From assembly GCF_964355755.1 (NCBI RefSeq), contig NC_092673.1, forward strand, positions 21,015,648 through 21,079,647: a stretch of 64,000 nt of DNA, written 5' to 3'. Below are positions 52,735 through 64,000 of this stretch, in pieces (the stretch's first letter is position 1; each line of letters begins with the position of its first letter). The notes beneath the pieces were generated by a model. It saw only the letters and a program-made list of their open reading frames with translations. It was not told the origin of the DNA and made no database searches. The DNA is from Antedon mediterranea. Lineage: Eukaryota > Animalia > Echinodermata. The position numbers and the translations under genes were made by a program.

Positions 52735-54706
52735 GTGAAGGAATTTGGATAACGTCAATAATAAATATATATATATATATAAAAAAAACAAACAAAAGTG
52801 AGAATAACAATAAAATAGTTCTTATTATTATGCTTATCACAGAAGTATTCAATAATTGTATTAATCTGTTGATGATGAAATGAATAAATAGTCGTTGACA
52901 GTTGACACCACAAAAGAGAGAAAAAAACTTTAAACAACTAAATTGTGCTATTTATGGATATTTTGAAAAATCTATTTATAAAATCGCATTCTGTAACTTT
53001 AAATTATGATACAAGAGGTGCAACAATGATAATGTATTACCCTCATGCAGATCCTGGATTTTGAAATAAATGGGACCAGGGGAGGGCCTAAAATGAGGTC
53101 CTCCTAAATACCAAGACCTACCAAGAACCATGGAGGTATAAAATTTAAAAAAATGTTATACCTCCCTGCAAGAACTACCAAGACCTGTCAATCTAAAGTG
53201 TTAATTTAACAATAAAATCTCAATTTTAGCGCGATATAGACACCAAAAATGCTTCGCGACACGAACTGAGTTGATGCAATGTTTGTGTTTTTAGCTGGTG
53301 GATTTTAAAAATGACGTCATTACCACGCGTGTCTACTCGACGACTCGCTCGAGGAGTTTTGTTGGATGATGATGGATATAAGCATGCAATATGGCGACAC
53401 GTGCATGAAATTTGATTAAACTTACTTTAATAAATACTGACGTTATAATACATATTTTTGACCATATAAAGCCTGAAGTGAATGGTGAAAGAGGTAGGTA
53501 TTTATATATTTATTGTATTTGAAGGTATTTTTTGTTAACATTTCACAAATCTGCCGATTTAGCCTAGGCTAACCACGCGGATCAACCACGCACACGGCTG
53601 CTGCTCAAGCATGGCATGATGAGTGCATTAGACTGCTCTTACAACTGGGTTGAGTTACACACTCTGAGCCTAGCACTAGGCTAGGCCTATATGAATATGT
53701 ATGAAACTTTTGCAGATTAAAAGCTTATTATATAGAACATGTAAACACAAATAAGCATATAGGGCCTAGGCTAACAATACACAGAACATCATTAATATTT
53801 GAATTCAATTTCTTGTTCTTCTTTCTTGTGTTGATATTTGCTTAATTTAATAAATAATATTTAATAGTTAGGCTGGCCTAAACTACTATTACTAACAAAC
53901 TAGGCCTAAAAATTAGGCGTCATACTTATATAATAGGATCAGGTTACAAAATCTTGGCATTCCCTAACACAGTACCTAATAATAACATGCCTTATAAAAA
54001 GGGTATCGGATCATCTCGGTCGCGTTTCATTTCGGTCGCGCTTCCGGTAAATCGAACTTCCGGCGATTTCTATGGAACGCCGCTCAATGCAGTACTGTAC
54101 ACTGTAAGCTCTAATTAAAGATCGAAGTGTAGTCTCTATTATTTTTTAGGTGTTTATTTTAAAAATGATTTTATATAATTAATAATCATTATATTTAAAT
54201 AAATATTGTAAAAACAGTATGTATGTTATTAATATTAGTTTAACTTTTTTTTAAATGTTTTTATAATTATATTATAAGCATTATATTTTGATATATTTTG
54301 TAAATATTCTATTTGTTTCTGACGGGAAAAATAACATACAAACTCACTTTACACTTTTGTCAATGATCATTCAATCTTTTTATTTTTAAAACAAAAACAT
54401 ATACACAAATATTGTTTTGCATTAATGTAATGCAAAACAAACTCGTTTCACACTGTTTTTCAATTCAATCCTTTTATTTTTAAAACAAAAACGCATATAC
54501 AATACAAATGTTTACATTCATCATTCAAATTGAAACCTTTTTATTTACATCTACAAACGTTATTTAATTTATCTATGTATTTAATATTTATTTATTAACA
54601 ATGTTTACCTCTATTTACATCTACAGACGTTATTTAATTTATCTATTTTTTTAATCTTTTATTTATTAGCAATATTTACATCTATCTCATCTACAAATCG
54701 CGAACA

Positions 54707-56133
54707 TCATTTGATATACAGTAACGCGCGATCCAGCGTAAGGAGCGATCTCTCTGATCGTTGGCCTGCGCGATACTCGTCCCAGAGGCGTAAGAGCGTT
54801 CTAGTTGCACGTCGGAAAGCTTGTCGCTGAAGCCGGTCAACATCTTCGCGATGAACTAATTCCATTGTGATGTGAACATTCTGACTCTCTTCATGCAGCA
54901 GCCCGATTAAGAGGTAGAGTTGAAGTTTTGCTGAAATAACAAAAATAACGATATACTATAATTATCATGAGCAAGTTAACAACATAATACATAATATTAA
55001 TAATTGATAAGTAATTTTCTTACCACGTCGTCCTTTTCGATTCAGTCTGTTGTGATACGGGTGTCTCGAAAACAGAGACCTCGAAAACAGAGACCAGGGT
55101 CTCTGTTTTCGAGAAAATCTCGAAAACAGAGACCCCCACTAAAACGTCTCAATATTACGTAATATAGGGGGTCTCTGTTTTCGAGATTTTCTCGAAAACA
55201 GAGACCCTGGGTCTCTGGTCTCTGTTTCCCCTATATAATACGTTATATAGGGGGTCTCTGTTCAACAGAGACCCCCACTAAAGCGTCTCAATATTACATT
55301 ATATAGGGGGTCTCTATTTTCGAGAAAAACTCGAAAACAGAGACCCCCTATATAACGTATTATTTAGACTTTTTAGTGGGGGTGGAGTCCCCACTAAAAC
55401 GTCTCAAGAATGACGTATCAGTAATAAACGGTAACTGATATGCCGATCAAAGAACATGCCGCAACGATAAGAAGAAATTGATGAATTCTTGAACGCGTGT
55501 ATTTTGGAATACAAGGTCGACGTCCTAGAAGTAAGATGTATAAATGCATGCTGTGCCTTTTAGAAGCTAAAAAGCGGGAGATTATTTAAAAAGCTGACAC
55601 TAGTTTCGTAACATTTATTTACAAGCATAAAAGATAATAATGTACAATGCAATAACAAAATGATATGAGGTCAGCTTTGAGGCAGACTGGAGGATGAAGA
55701 CAAATATATTGTGTTGGGCGAGCCTTAAAAAAGAAATGAATTAAAAAAAAATAAAAAAATTGATAAATAAATAAACATAAATTCACGGTTTTTGCGATAA
55801 AAGTTGGGTGTTAATAATTTATGACCAAGCTTGGTGGGTATTTGCAACACTCTTAATAAACAGGGATTATATTAGGGGGTCTCGGGAAATCTCGAAAAAA
55901 GAGACCCCCAATATAATGAGACGTTTTAGTGGAGGTCTCTGTTTTCGAATTTTTCTCGAAAACAGAGACCCCCTATATAACGTAATAATTGACTTAATAT
56001 TGAGACGTTTTAGTGGGGTCTCTGTTTTCGAGATTTTGTCGAAAACAGAGACCCTGTGTCTCGGGTCTCTGTTTTCGAGGTCTCTGTTTTCGAGACACCT
56101 GTTGTGATACCCCTCAAGGTCGCTGTTGGTCCT
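54707..56133 (-). pseudogene. MULE transposase C-terminal relic
   Basis: Exon 56133-56101 joined to 55048-55024 (nested insertion and one TSD removed) reads RTNSDLEGYHNRLNRKGRR. It splices in phase to 54930-54707: AKLQLYLLIGLLHEESQNV...RLQRQAFRRATRTLLRLWDEYRAG...*. Confidence 0.8.
55059..56100. mobile_element. Nested foldback/MULE MITE with (TCGAAAACAGAGACC)n modular TIRs
   Basis: Ends GGGTGTCTCGAAAAC and GTTTTCGAGACACCT; exact 10-bp TSD GTTGTGATAC at 55049-58 and 56101-10. Confidence 0.92.
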
Positions 56134-59100
56134 CTATGTTGTTGGGACAATATGGTTTCATTCTAATTCAATAGCACGTGACATAATGCGACACGTCAAT
56201 GCATTATGCTTTTAAAAAATGTTACATTACATACATAATCGTAATAATATCTTTCAGTGCAATATAGTGTATAAAAAAGCTCAGTAAATTCTCTCACTGA
56301 TTTTAACTGGCACCAAACAAATATTCCCAATTTACTCATTCATAATTATTAACATATTGGAGTCGTCTTCGTAAGCTACTTGTTGTGTCCTTAAAATACA
56401 GATAAACATTGTTACAAATGCAAACAGGTTTATAAATTCGAACTGCTACACGTACCGAGTGCTGAAAGAGAGTTAAATCGGACAGTTAAGTCTCAATCCT
56501 ACAATAGCATCCATTTTTGTATGCTTTATGCATAATTGACGCGCCATACACCACGATCGATATTGTTGAAAATTGACCTTAACTGACACGCGACCGAAAT
56601 GAAACGCGACCGAGATGATCGTAATTCATAAAAAGTACATGCATTGCTAGTTTTTGATGTTTTGTATTGTTCCTTGTAGTTTGTACTGTAGGTTACATAA
56701 CAGAACAATTGTATTGTCTTCCCATTCAATAGACACCCTTCTCTACATAAAACATAATACACCACACCCCTATCATAATAATGGTATAGTCCATATAAGT
56801 CGAGGTGGCCGAAAACGGCACCTGATCCCTAATATTATAAGGCCCTAGTAGTGTCATAACGCTTGCGTTATTCAAGAAATGTACGAAAGTAAATAGCGTT
56901 GCATTGCGACACCGACTTCCCGAACAGTTCTGATGCAAAATTAAAAGTTGTTATTTTTCAACCAATTTAAACATTATATGTTAGTATTTTGTTTCAATAT
57001 TCCAATAAAGAAAGAATTACGAAAATCTGACTTGTAGTTTTCGAAATATATGGTCTAAAACATCTCCGAAAAACGAACGTTGTAAACAAATTGCGCCCTC
57101 AGTCGACAATTGTATGAACCACACCGTTTTTCGCTAAAATAATTACGTTTTATAGTACTTTATTTTATATATCAACATTGGAAATATCAATAAAATATGT
57201 TATTAAATGTTTACAAAATATATAAAGTTGTTTATTTAACGGAATTCATACAAATTCATTGCTCTAAATTTGTGTAGTAACATCAGTACAGACAGACCAT
57301 GTGACTTCGCGGTACACGCGAGAGAAAATATTCCGCCGTGGGTGATTCGCGTCCACCAATCAAATAGCCAGGATCCAAAATCATTCAACCATGAGCTCTG
57401 CCGATCGCGGGAAATCTCAGCTTTGATTGGCTTACGATGACATCATATCACAAAATGGTGGTTTTGTAGTTGAGCCTCGCGTAATTTTCACAATTTTATT
57501 TAAAAAATGAAATAAATGGACCTGCTTTATGGTATGTGTGATTTTTCTCTAAAAGATTTAAATAATAAAGGCTTCATATAGAGAAAAAACCGTTTTTTTG
57601 GCACTTATAATAAATATTTCTCAGAGAAAAAAAGCACATGGCATGTAGAACTATATTATCTTGGCGTAGGAAGACAAACAAATCCCAGGTCATGAGAGGC
57701 TCAACTACAAAAAACAAGGTTGAATAGGGTTAGACTTGCCCCAAGTCTGTATTATCTTTTTTTTTTATTTATTTGTTTTTATTTCGACCGCGATTTTTGT
57801 CTGAAAATACCCAAAATCAAGTAGTATACGTATGAAACGCCATATGTGCCAAAATATTTATCTTTTTACTAATATTAAGACCGTAAAACTCCGTCTGGAA
57901 CCCAGACTAGAATAGGGTTACTATAGGTCACTGGACCGTTCAAAGGTTTTTGAGTATAATCTACCGCGTATGGTCGTACGCGCTAGACAGTACGATATTT
58001 TAACCATATTTTTTACATGTTTGGTTGAATGTAATGACGATAAAAAATAGTTGATCTTATGGAATGATATGTAAATAAATAAATACTCAAAAGAATTATG
58101 TTTACAGTTCAATTATTTTCAGAATAATATTACATAAAAATGTGTTTACCAATGGACAAATAATCGCGTCAGTGACATAGCGCGCATGGTAACGTACGCG
58201 AAGTTGAATCGTGGCAATAACAATGGAGTCAACTCTCGGTAACCCTACTTGTATGCGATTGCATGTTATGTACAGTATAATGCGTTATGAAATCTTTTAT
58301 TTTGTACATGAAAAATCATAAAACTAGTCATGTAATTATAATTATTCATAATTATATGAAGTTTATATAAGAATGAAGCAATCACTTTTTTAAATTTTGA
58401 AATAAATAGGCCCACTGGTCACATCTAGCTGGTAGGCCTACTACTAGACTAGGCTAGTATTAGTTAGTATGCATCTAGGCTAGTTCATCGTGGCGCACCT
58501 ATTAAATTATCCATCGCTGTTAGTCGCCGATTACCTCGCTTTGGGCATGCGCAATAGCGTGTCGGATTCCCTAAGGCTGAGCAGTTGAGTTCCAGTGCCG
58601 GAATCCTAACCACGGCGATAATTTAATTGTACGTTTTATATTTTAAAATCAAAATTAGTTAATAATTAAAGTAAAAATACTGATTAAAATGATTAAGTTT
58701 ATGTTTTTGTGTCACAAGTGATATTTTGTGTGGATTGGTGCATTTAGAATGAAAAGTTTAATATATAATATTCACAAATATAAATATATGTGAAATTTAC
58801 CACTAGCATTTTAGTAACATGTACTTGATATTTTTATATCATAAAACCCTACCAGACGATACCTGCCGTAGATTAGTATGACCGAACATTAGTAAATGTA
58901 TATAGTAGGTAGGCCTAGGGCAGTATTAATATGGTATTATAATATGCTGCTTGGCCTTTAAATGCCAAGTGGTCGAATGCCTAAATGTACATGAGAAAAT
59001 CTGACCTGCGGCTTGCAGACTACTTGATTGAATTGCACACAGGTGTGGACAACAACAACTTTCTACTCCCCTTTAATTTTAAAGAAAATCACAATTTAAT

Positions 59101-59396
59101 GGTCTGATCTACATTCACACACAGTAAACAAACAATACAGTTGTATTTTGTTGGAATCATGAAATAACAATGGAGATTGCAGGATGTGGAATAGAACATT
59201 AACAATGAACAATATAATAGGCTAATGTTCATTGTTTCAATAAAAACAAAGTAATGTACTTAGAAGAAAAAGCTGGTACTGTGTATTGAATGAAACAGTT
59301 GTCCTTTCTGGTAACATGTGTCAGGCCTTGTCTTTTGAAAGTTATAGGTGTGCTACAAATTACACTCCTCAATGATTGAAATATTGATTGAAATAT

Positions 59397-59696
59397 TTAT
59401 TTATACTGGGTAACCTCTTCAGTCAATGACTGGTCTCCCAGAGGGCCCAGTTGGTGATCAGTGGCTGTGATGTACTAATACACCGGGGTAACCCCCTACT
59501 CGTCTCGAAAGATGTACCAGGTTCTTTAAAGTGCACACGAGCTAGATGTGTACACTGGACCTACGGTTTATAGTCCTTATCCGAGAAAACTCGTTCTACC
59601 ACCAGAACCATGGAGTGAGTGAGCCTCGAACCCCTGCCGATGTTATGGCTAGGTAATTACGGTTCCACTGTCTTAACCGCTCGGCCACTCACTCAC
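59397..59696 (-). mobile_element. Second full-length copy of the 52394 SINE
   Basis: Near-identical reverse complement of 52394-52695; older partial copies at ~24885-24980 and ~27190-27390. Confidence 0.9.
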
Positions 59697-60123
59697 AATA
59701 CATTCAGGGATGCTGTTTGTATTTTAGTCGTAGAAGTTTACCAAATTTAATTGTGTTGTATATCGCACTCCTCAAGGGCAGTTTAGGAGTGTGTTAGGTG
59801 AGTGATGGCAGTTGCTCATCTTAAAAGACAAGGCTTGATGTGTATACATCAAAGTATTCAAGGATTTGAGATTTTTGAATGGAAGACCCAGGACCCAAAT
59901 GTTGTATAAAATGCTGAACCTTAATCTCATGTCCTATCTTTTGCATTGTAATTAGCACCTGAGTAATAATGCCAGCTTTGTATGTACTTGTGTAAAGCTC
60001 TGTCTACACTATCAAAATAGTTTGTCAAAAAAAGTGTCATTACATTTTTTTCTCGCATAAAGTATAAAATATATACCTGAGATTGTTGTATCTAATAATG
60101 TATTCATTTTTTTCCACAGAAAA

Positions 60124-63100
60124 ATGGTGTCCTTACTAGAAGACAACTCATTAGGTGATACTTCTCTGAATCCTTATTTACAAATATTGAACAATGGTGA
60201 TGGGATTGGTCAGAGTAGGATGCATGATGACTTGGGAAACATTACAATTGAACATGTTGATACCAGCAAAGCATCCTCAGAAGACTTCATACTTGATAAA
60301 AACTTTTTTTTTCAAGCTGAAGATAAATTTGATATAGGTGAGTGGAAGTAATTCTAGGAGCATAGTAAGCTGTAGTACAGTAGAGAAAGAAAATAGTACT
60401 GCAACTTTTCCTACGAATTAGCTTCGTGGATAGAATGTAGGCTACGTTGTTGGCTTCGTAGGTTACATTGTTTGGCTTCATAACCTCAATAAACAACTGT
60501 CAAATGACTGTAGTTTATAACCTTAATAAACAACGATGTTCTTAGTGAATTAACAAGGTGTGAAAATTAATGTGTTAATTTTGACTGGCGTTTAGGACCA
60601 AGTTGTAAATTACAAAAAAAAAATATATAGCATTTTTTAATTTTAATCGGTTCCTTCGTGCATGTTTACTGTATGCTTCATCTATAACTGCTCAACCCTG
60701 CACCTAAATCCTTTTAGAACAGTTAGTCAAACATTCAGGCTTTTAATCAATGAAAATATTATCCCCATTCAGCGAATACTCCCATACTAATTAACATTAA
60801 CACTTGATTGTTTTATGATCCGTTTTATAGGTATTGAAGCGGGTGATGTGAACAGTTTACTTGAGCAGTTTGAGGAGTCTGAGGCAGCAAGCAGTACACC
60901 ACCAATGTCTGTCACATCACCAACTAACAATAATCTCTGGTATGTAGCTAACAATATCCACATGCTAGGAAAGGTACTTTGAATCAATCTAAAGCTTTGT
61001 CTACACTATCAAACTAGAGGGACAAAATGATGAGCCCAAATATGGTTGTAATATGGCACATTTTTTTGTCACATAAAGTTGACATGATATCATATCACTA
61101 CCATATTTGGAGATAGCTCTGTCTACACTATCAAACTAGTTTGACAAAAAAAGTGTGATGTGCCCAAATATAATATTATTAATACATCATCGTGTCCATA
61201 TATGGGCACATCACATTTTTTTGTCGCTTAACGTTTGATAGTGTTGACGGATCTTTAGAAATCCCAGTTTGATACTTATTGCAATCAAGTTAAATATATA
61301 ATTTGCTTATACTTTCAGTAAGAAGTCAGCTGAAACAGAAAGAAAAACTGGCAAGCAACAATTGACAAGTATGTATAAATATTTTTAATGGGTACCAAAT
61401 GTGTTGACCATTAGGGGTGGGATTATACTTGGATTACATTAACAACGGATAATACCATAATTTAGCCTAAATGGATTCTACTAGAACATGGGATTATACT
61501 CAGTCATATGTAGTGATATTTTGGATGAACCACCCAATTGTTTTGGAGCTGGATTTTGTACATGATTGTAATTACAATGGTCTTGATATCTATTGATCAT
61601 CTTTTTTTTGACTGGAGGGAGTACCAATAATGATAGAATAATGATGATGTCAAAATAATTTATTGGTTTTAAAAGCCATTGAAGAAGTTTATTTTACCCT
61701 CTATTCATTTAATTGTGAAATCATGAGTAAAATACATCTTTTGAGCGTGTAAGACTTATTCTGTTTTCACTAATGAAATTCACAAGCTATGCTTTCATTT
61801 AGGCTCCTCCACTTTATTTAAGCTATTATTAAAGTGAAATTAAATATTGTATTATTAAATCTTACAGGTTTTTCAATAGAAGAAATTACCAAGAAGATTG
61901 CTCCTGTCAAAAGAAAATCAACCATCCTTTTAGAGAATGTAACTCTACCACTAAAGCGTAACCGCAAACCTAATTTACTTGGCTTGGCTAGCAATAGTTT
62001 ACCATCTAGTCTACCATCTAGCCATCCTAATAGTCTACCGAATAGTGCCCCAAACAGCCTCCCAGCTAGTCAGCCTAGCAGTTGTAACAGTAGCAGAAGT
62101 TGCAGTCCTATTCTATGGAATGCTACACTGCTTGATCATGATTATTGTTTTTCACCTATAAAAACTAAAATGAATAATAATCTTTCACCTGTAAGTGGTA
62201 ACAAAGAGAATGGTGATGTCCATGATATGCCATCTGTTGGTAAAAAAGATGAGATTAAAAAGGAACTTTACATGGGTAAATATAAGATTAAGAAAAGAAA
62301 TCACCGTCACCGACATCATCACCACCACCACCACAACGAGAAATGTCGTCATAGTCACCAGAATGTGCCAGATGTTAGAATGATCTCGAACCCAAATTCA
62401 CCAGCAACTGCAAATGTTCAACAGAAGCTAGATCAAATGTATCAGAAAGCCAGAGAAGAGTTTCAGAGGAAGTTTGGCAAGTTGGAAGTTCCATCAATCC
62501 CAGAAAAGAAAACTCTAAAAATTCAAAGTTTAAATGAACTACCAACTTCTTTGCGAACAAGTAAAGATAGTGTTGAAAATGCTGTACCTAATGAAGATAA
62601 TGTTAAAAAAGATGAACAAGAAGATTTAAACGTTGCTGATAGAAAGATGGAAATCGACCAGAATGATGCAAACAGAATCAATGCTCTTATTGATGAATTG
62701 AAAAAGACAAGAAATATAGTACCATTAGATGCCCATCCAACAGAAGTAGACCTAATGAATGCAGCAAAAACCACAGAAACAGACTCTGAGACAAGTGATA
62801 AAACGGATATGAAAGAGAACAATTTAATAAAACAAGAAACGGAGATTAATAATTTTACAGCGATAAAAGATGTAGATCATGTTCCAGAGACCAAAGTAAA
62901 TGAAGAACTAGCTGAAACAAATGTTACCACCACTACTAATGATCAGGCACCCACAGAAACAAAGCAGTTTAAACAGTTATCTGAAGATGAAATACTGCCA
63001 AGCCCTGCACCAGAAACAGAGAGAACAAATGAACGCGCTCACATTCCACAGAGCAATCAAGCACAAACTAATATAACAGAAAGTGTAGCTGATTGTCAAA

Positions 63101-63851
63101 CCGAGAGTAAACCAGTAGAGATAATATTAAAAGTTGATACAATTGATATGGACTTTAGTGATACAGAAGCTGTTGCTGTATTCAAAGGGAATGAGTTTGA
63201 AATGGAAACTAGCGAATTCAGAAATGAGCAAAAACCGAATGAAATAAACAACCAATTAAACCTTGCAGTATGTGATGGAGAAAGTGGCGAGATTAGTAGT
63301 AGTGATGAAAATGATGGGCATAAAGACAAACAGAAAGTGAGGTCACATTCTCCATACAGAAGGTCACAAAGCCGATCCCAAAGTTTTACCAAGTGCAGAA
63401 GTCGTTCACGTTCATATGAAAGAAGCCGATCACAAAGAAGTAGAAGAAATCGTAGTCGCACGCATAGAAGCCGATCATTTCATAGTCGATCAAGAAATAG
63501 TAAGTCGTTGCAAGGCCGCATTAGTAGGAGTCGCTCAAGAAGTATTTCACGTAGTCATTCTCGTTCAAGTTCAACCAGGAGATTAGAAGGTCGCAGAAGT
63601 CGACTGCGATACAGACGTAGTTCACATTCTTCGTGCTCGGTATCATCTGGAGCCAGTTCACATTGTTCTCGGCGTAGAAGGTCAAGATCGTGTTCAACAT
63701 GTCCGTCAAGGTCATGCTCTCGTTCCAGATCCAGGTCATTTTCTCGATCTCACTCCCGTAAAAGAAGTTGGAGAAGTAGAAGTCGTTTAAGATCCCATTC
63801 AAGGTCACGGTCAAGAAGTTCACGCAGACATAGGTCATCAGAGAGAAGAAG
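60124..63851 (+). CDS. PPRC1: PGC-1 family coactivator (PPRC1/PPARGC1-like), partial; RRM expected beyond the window
   Basis: Exons 60124-60337, 60831-60939, 61319-61368, 61868-63851 (donor AG|gtaaag). GIEAGDVNSLLEQFE motif, DHDYC HCF-binding motif, poly-His, long RS domain. Confidence 0.82.
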
Positions 63852-64000
63852 GTAAAGAAATATCTATGTATTTAGAATTAAATGCTTGTTAACTGATAAC
63901 ACTAATAAAATAAAATAAGTGTATGTAAAACAAAGGTTCTACTGTATTTAGAATTAAATGCTTGGTAATTGATAACAACACACTGTGTGTTTCATATTCA

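Larger units (their letters stand above)
54002..56626 (-). mobile_element. Internally deleted Mutator-like element (MULE) with spliced transposase 3' exons
   Basis: Perfect inverted GATCATCTCGGTCGCGTTTCATTTCGGTCGCG near both ends; flanks TATAAAAAG (53993-54001) and CATAAAAAG (56627-35); transposase relic inside. Confidence 0.85.

Noticed and set aside
62523-63838. Minus-strand ORFs at 62523, 63096 and 63521
   Set aside because: Antisense shadows of the large PPRC1-like exon.
42377-63851. BBOX1-ETNK-PGC-1 as a metabolic gene cluster
   Set aside because: The functional link is loose, and adjacency alone is not evidence without conserved synteny or co-expression.

Overview
AT-rich, intron-rich animal genomic DNA, probably an invertebrate deuterostome such as an echinoderm (inference from gene, intron and TE style only). 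I reconstructed eight spliced protein-coding genes by hand with GT-AG, phase-consistent exon chains: an unidentified repeat-domain gene (-, runs off the left edge), a BTB + 10xC2H2 zinc-finger gene (+), TOPAZ1-like (-), DYNC2I2/WDR34 (+), CACUL1 (-), BBOX1-like (-), ETNK (+) and PPRC1/PGC-1-like (+, runs off the right edge). Six of the genes form three head-to-head pairs. Introns and spacers hold Harbinger-, Kolobok- and Tc1/pogo-type MITEs, tRNA-derived SINEs, LINE 3' ends, Helentron-like elements, Penelope remnants with hammerhead ribozyme motifs, and nested Mutator/foldback elements. The best leads are a hammerhead split by a SINE, a spliced MULE transposase relic interrupted by a second foldback element, TAGGCCTA/CTAG clusters next to predicted first exons, and several unusual protein architectures. 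I cannot claim a new biological system. Nothing here has been database-checked.
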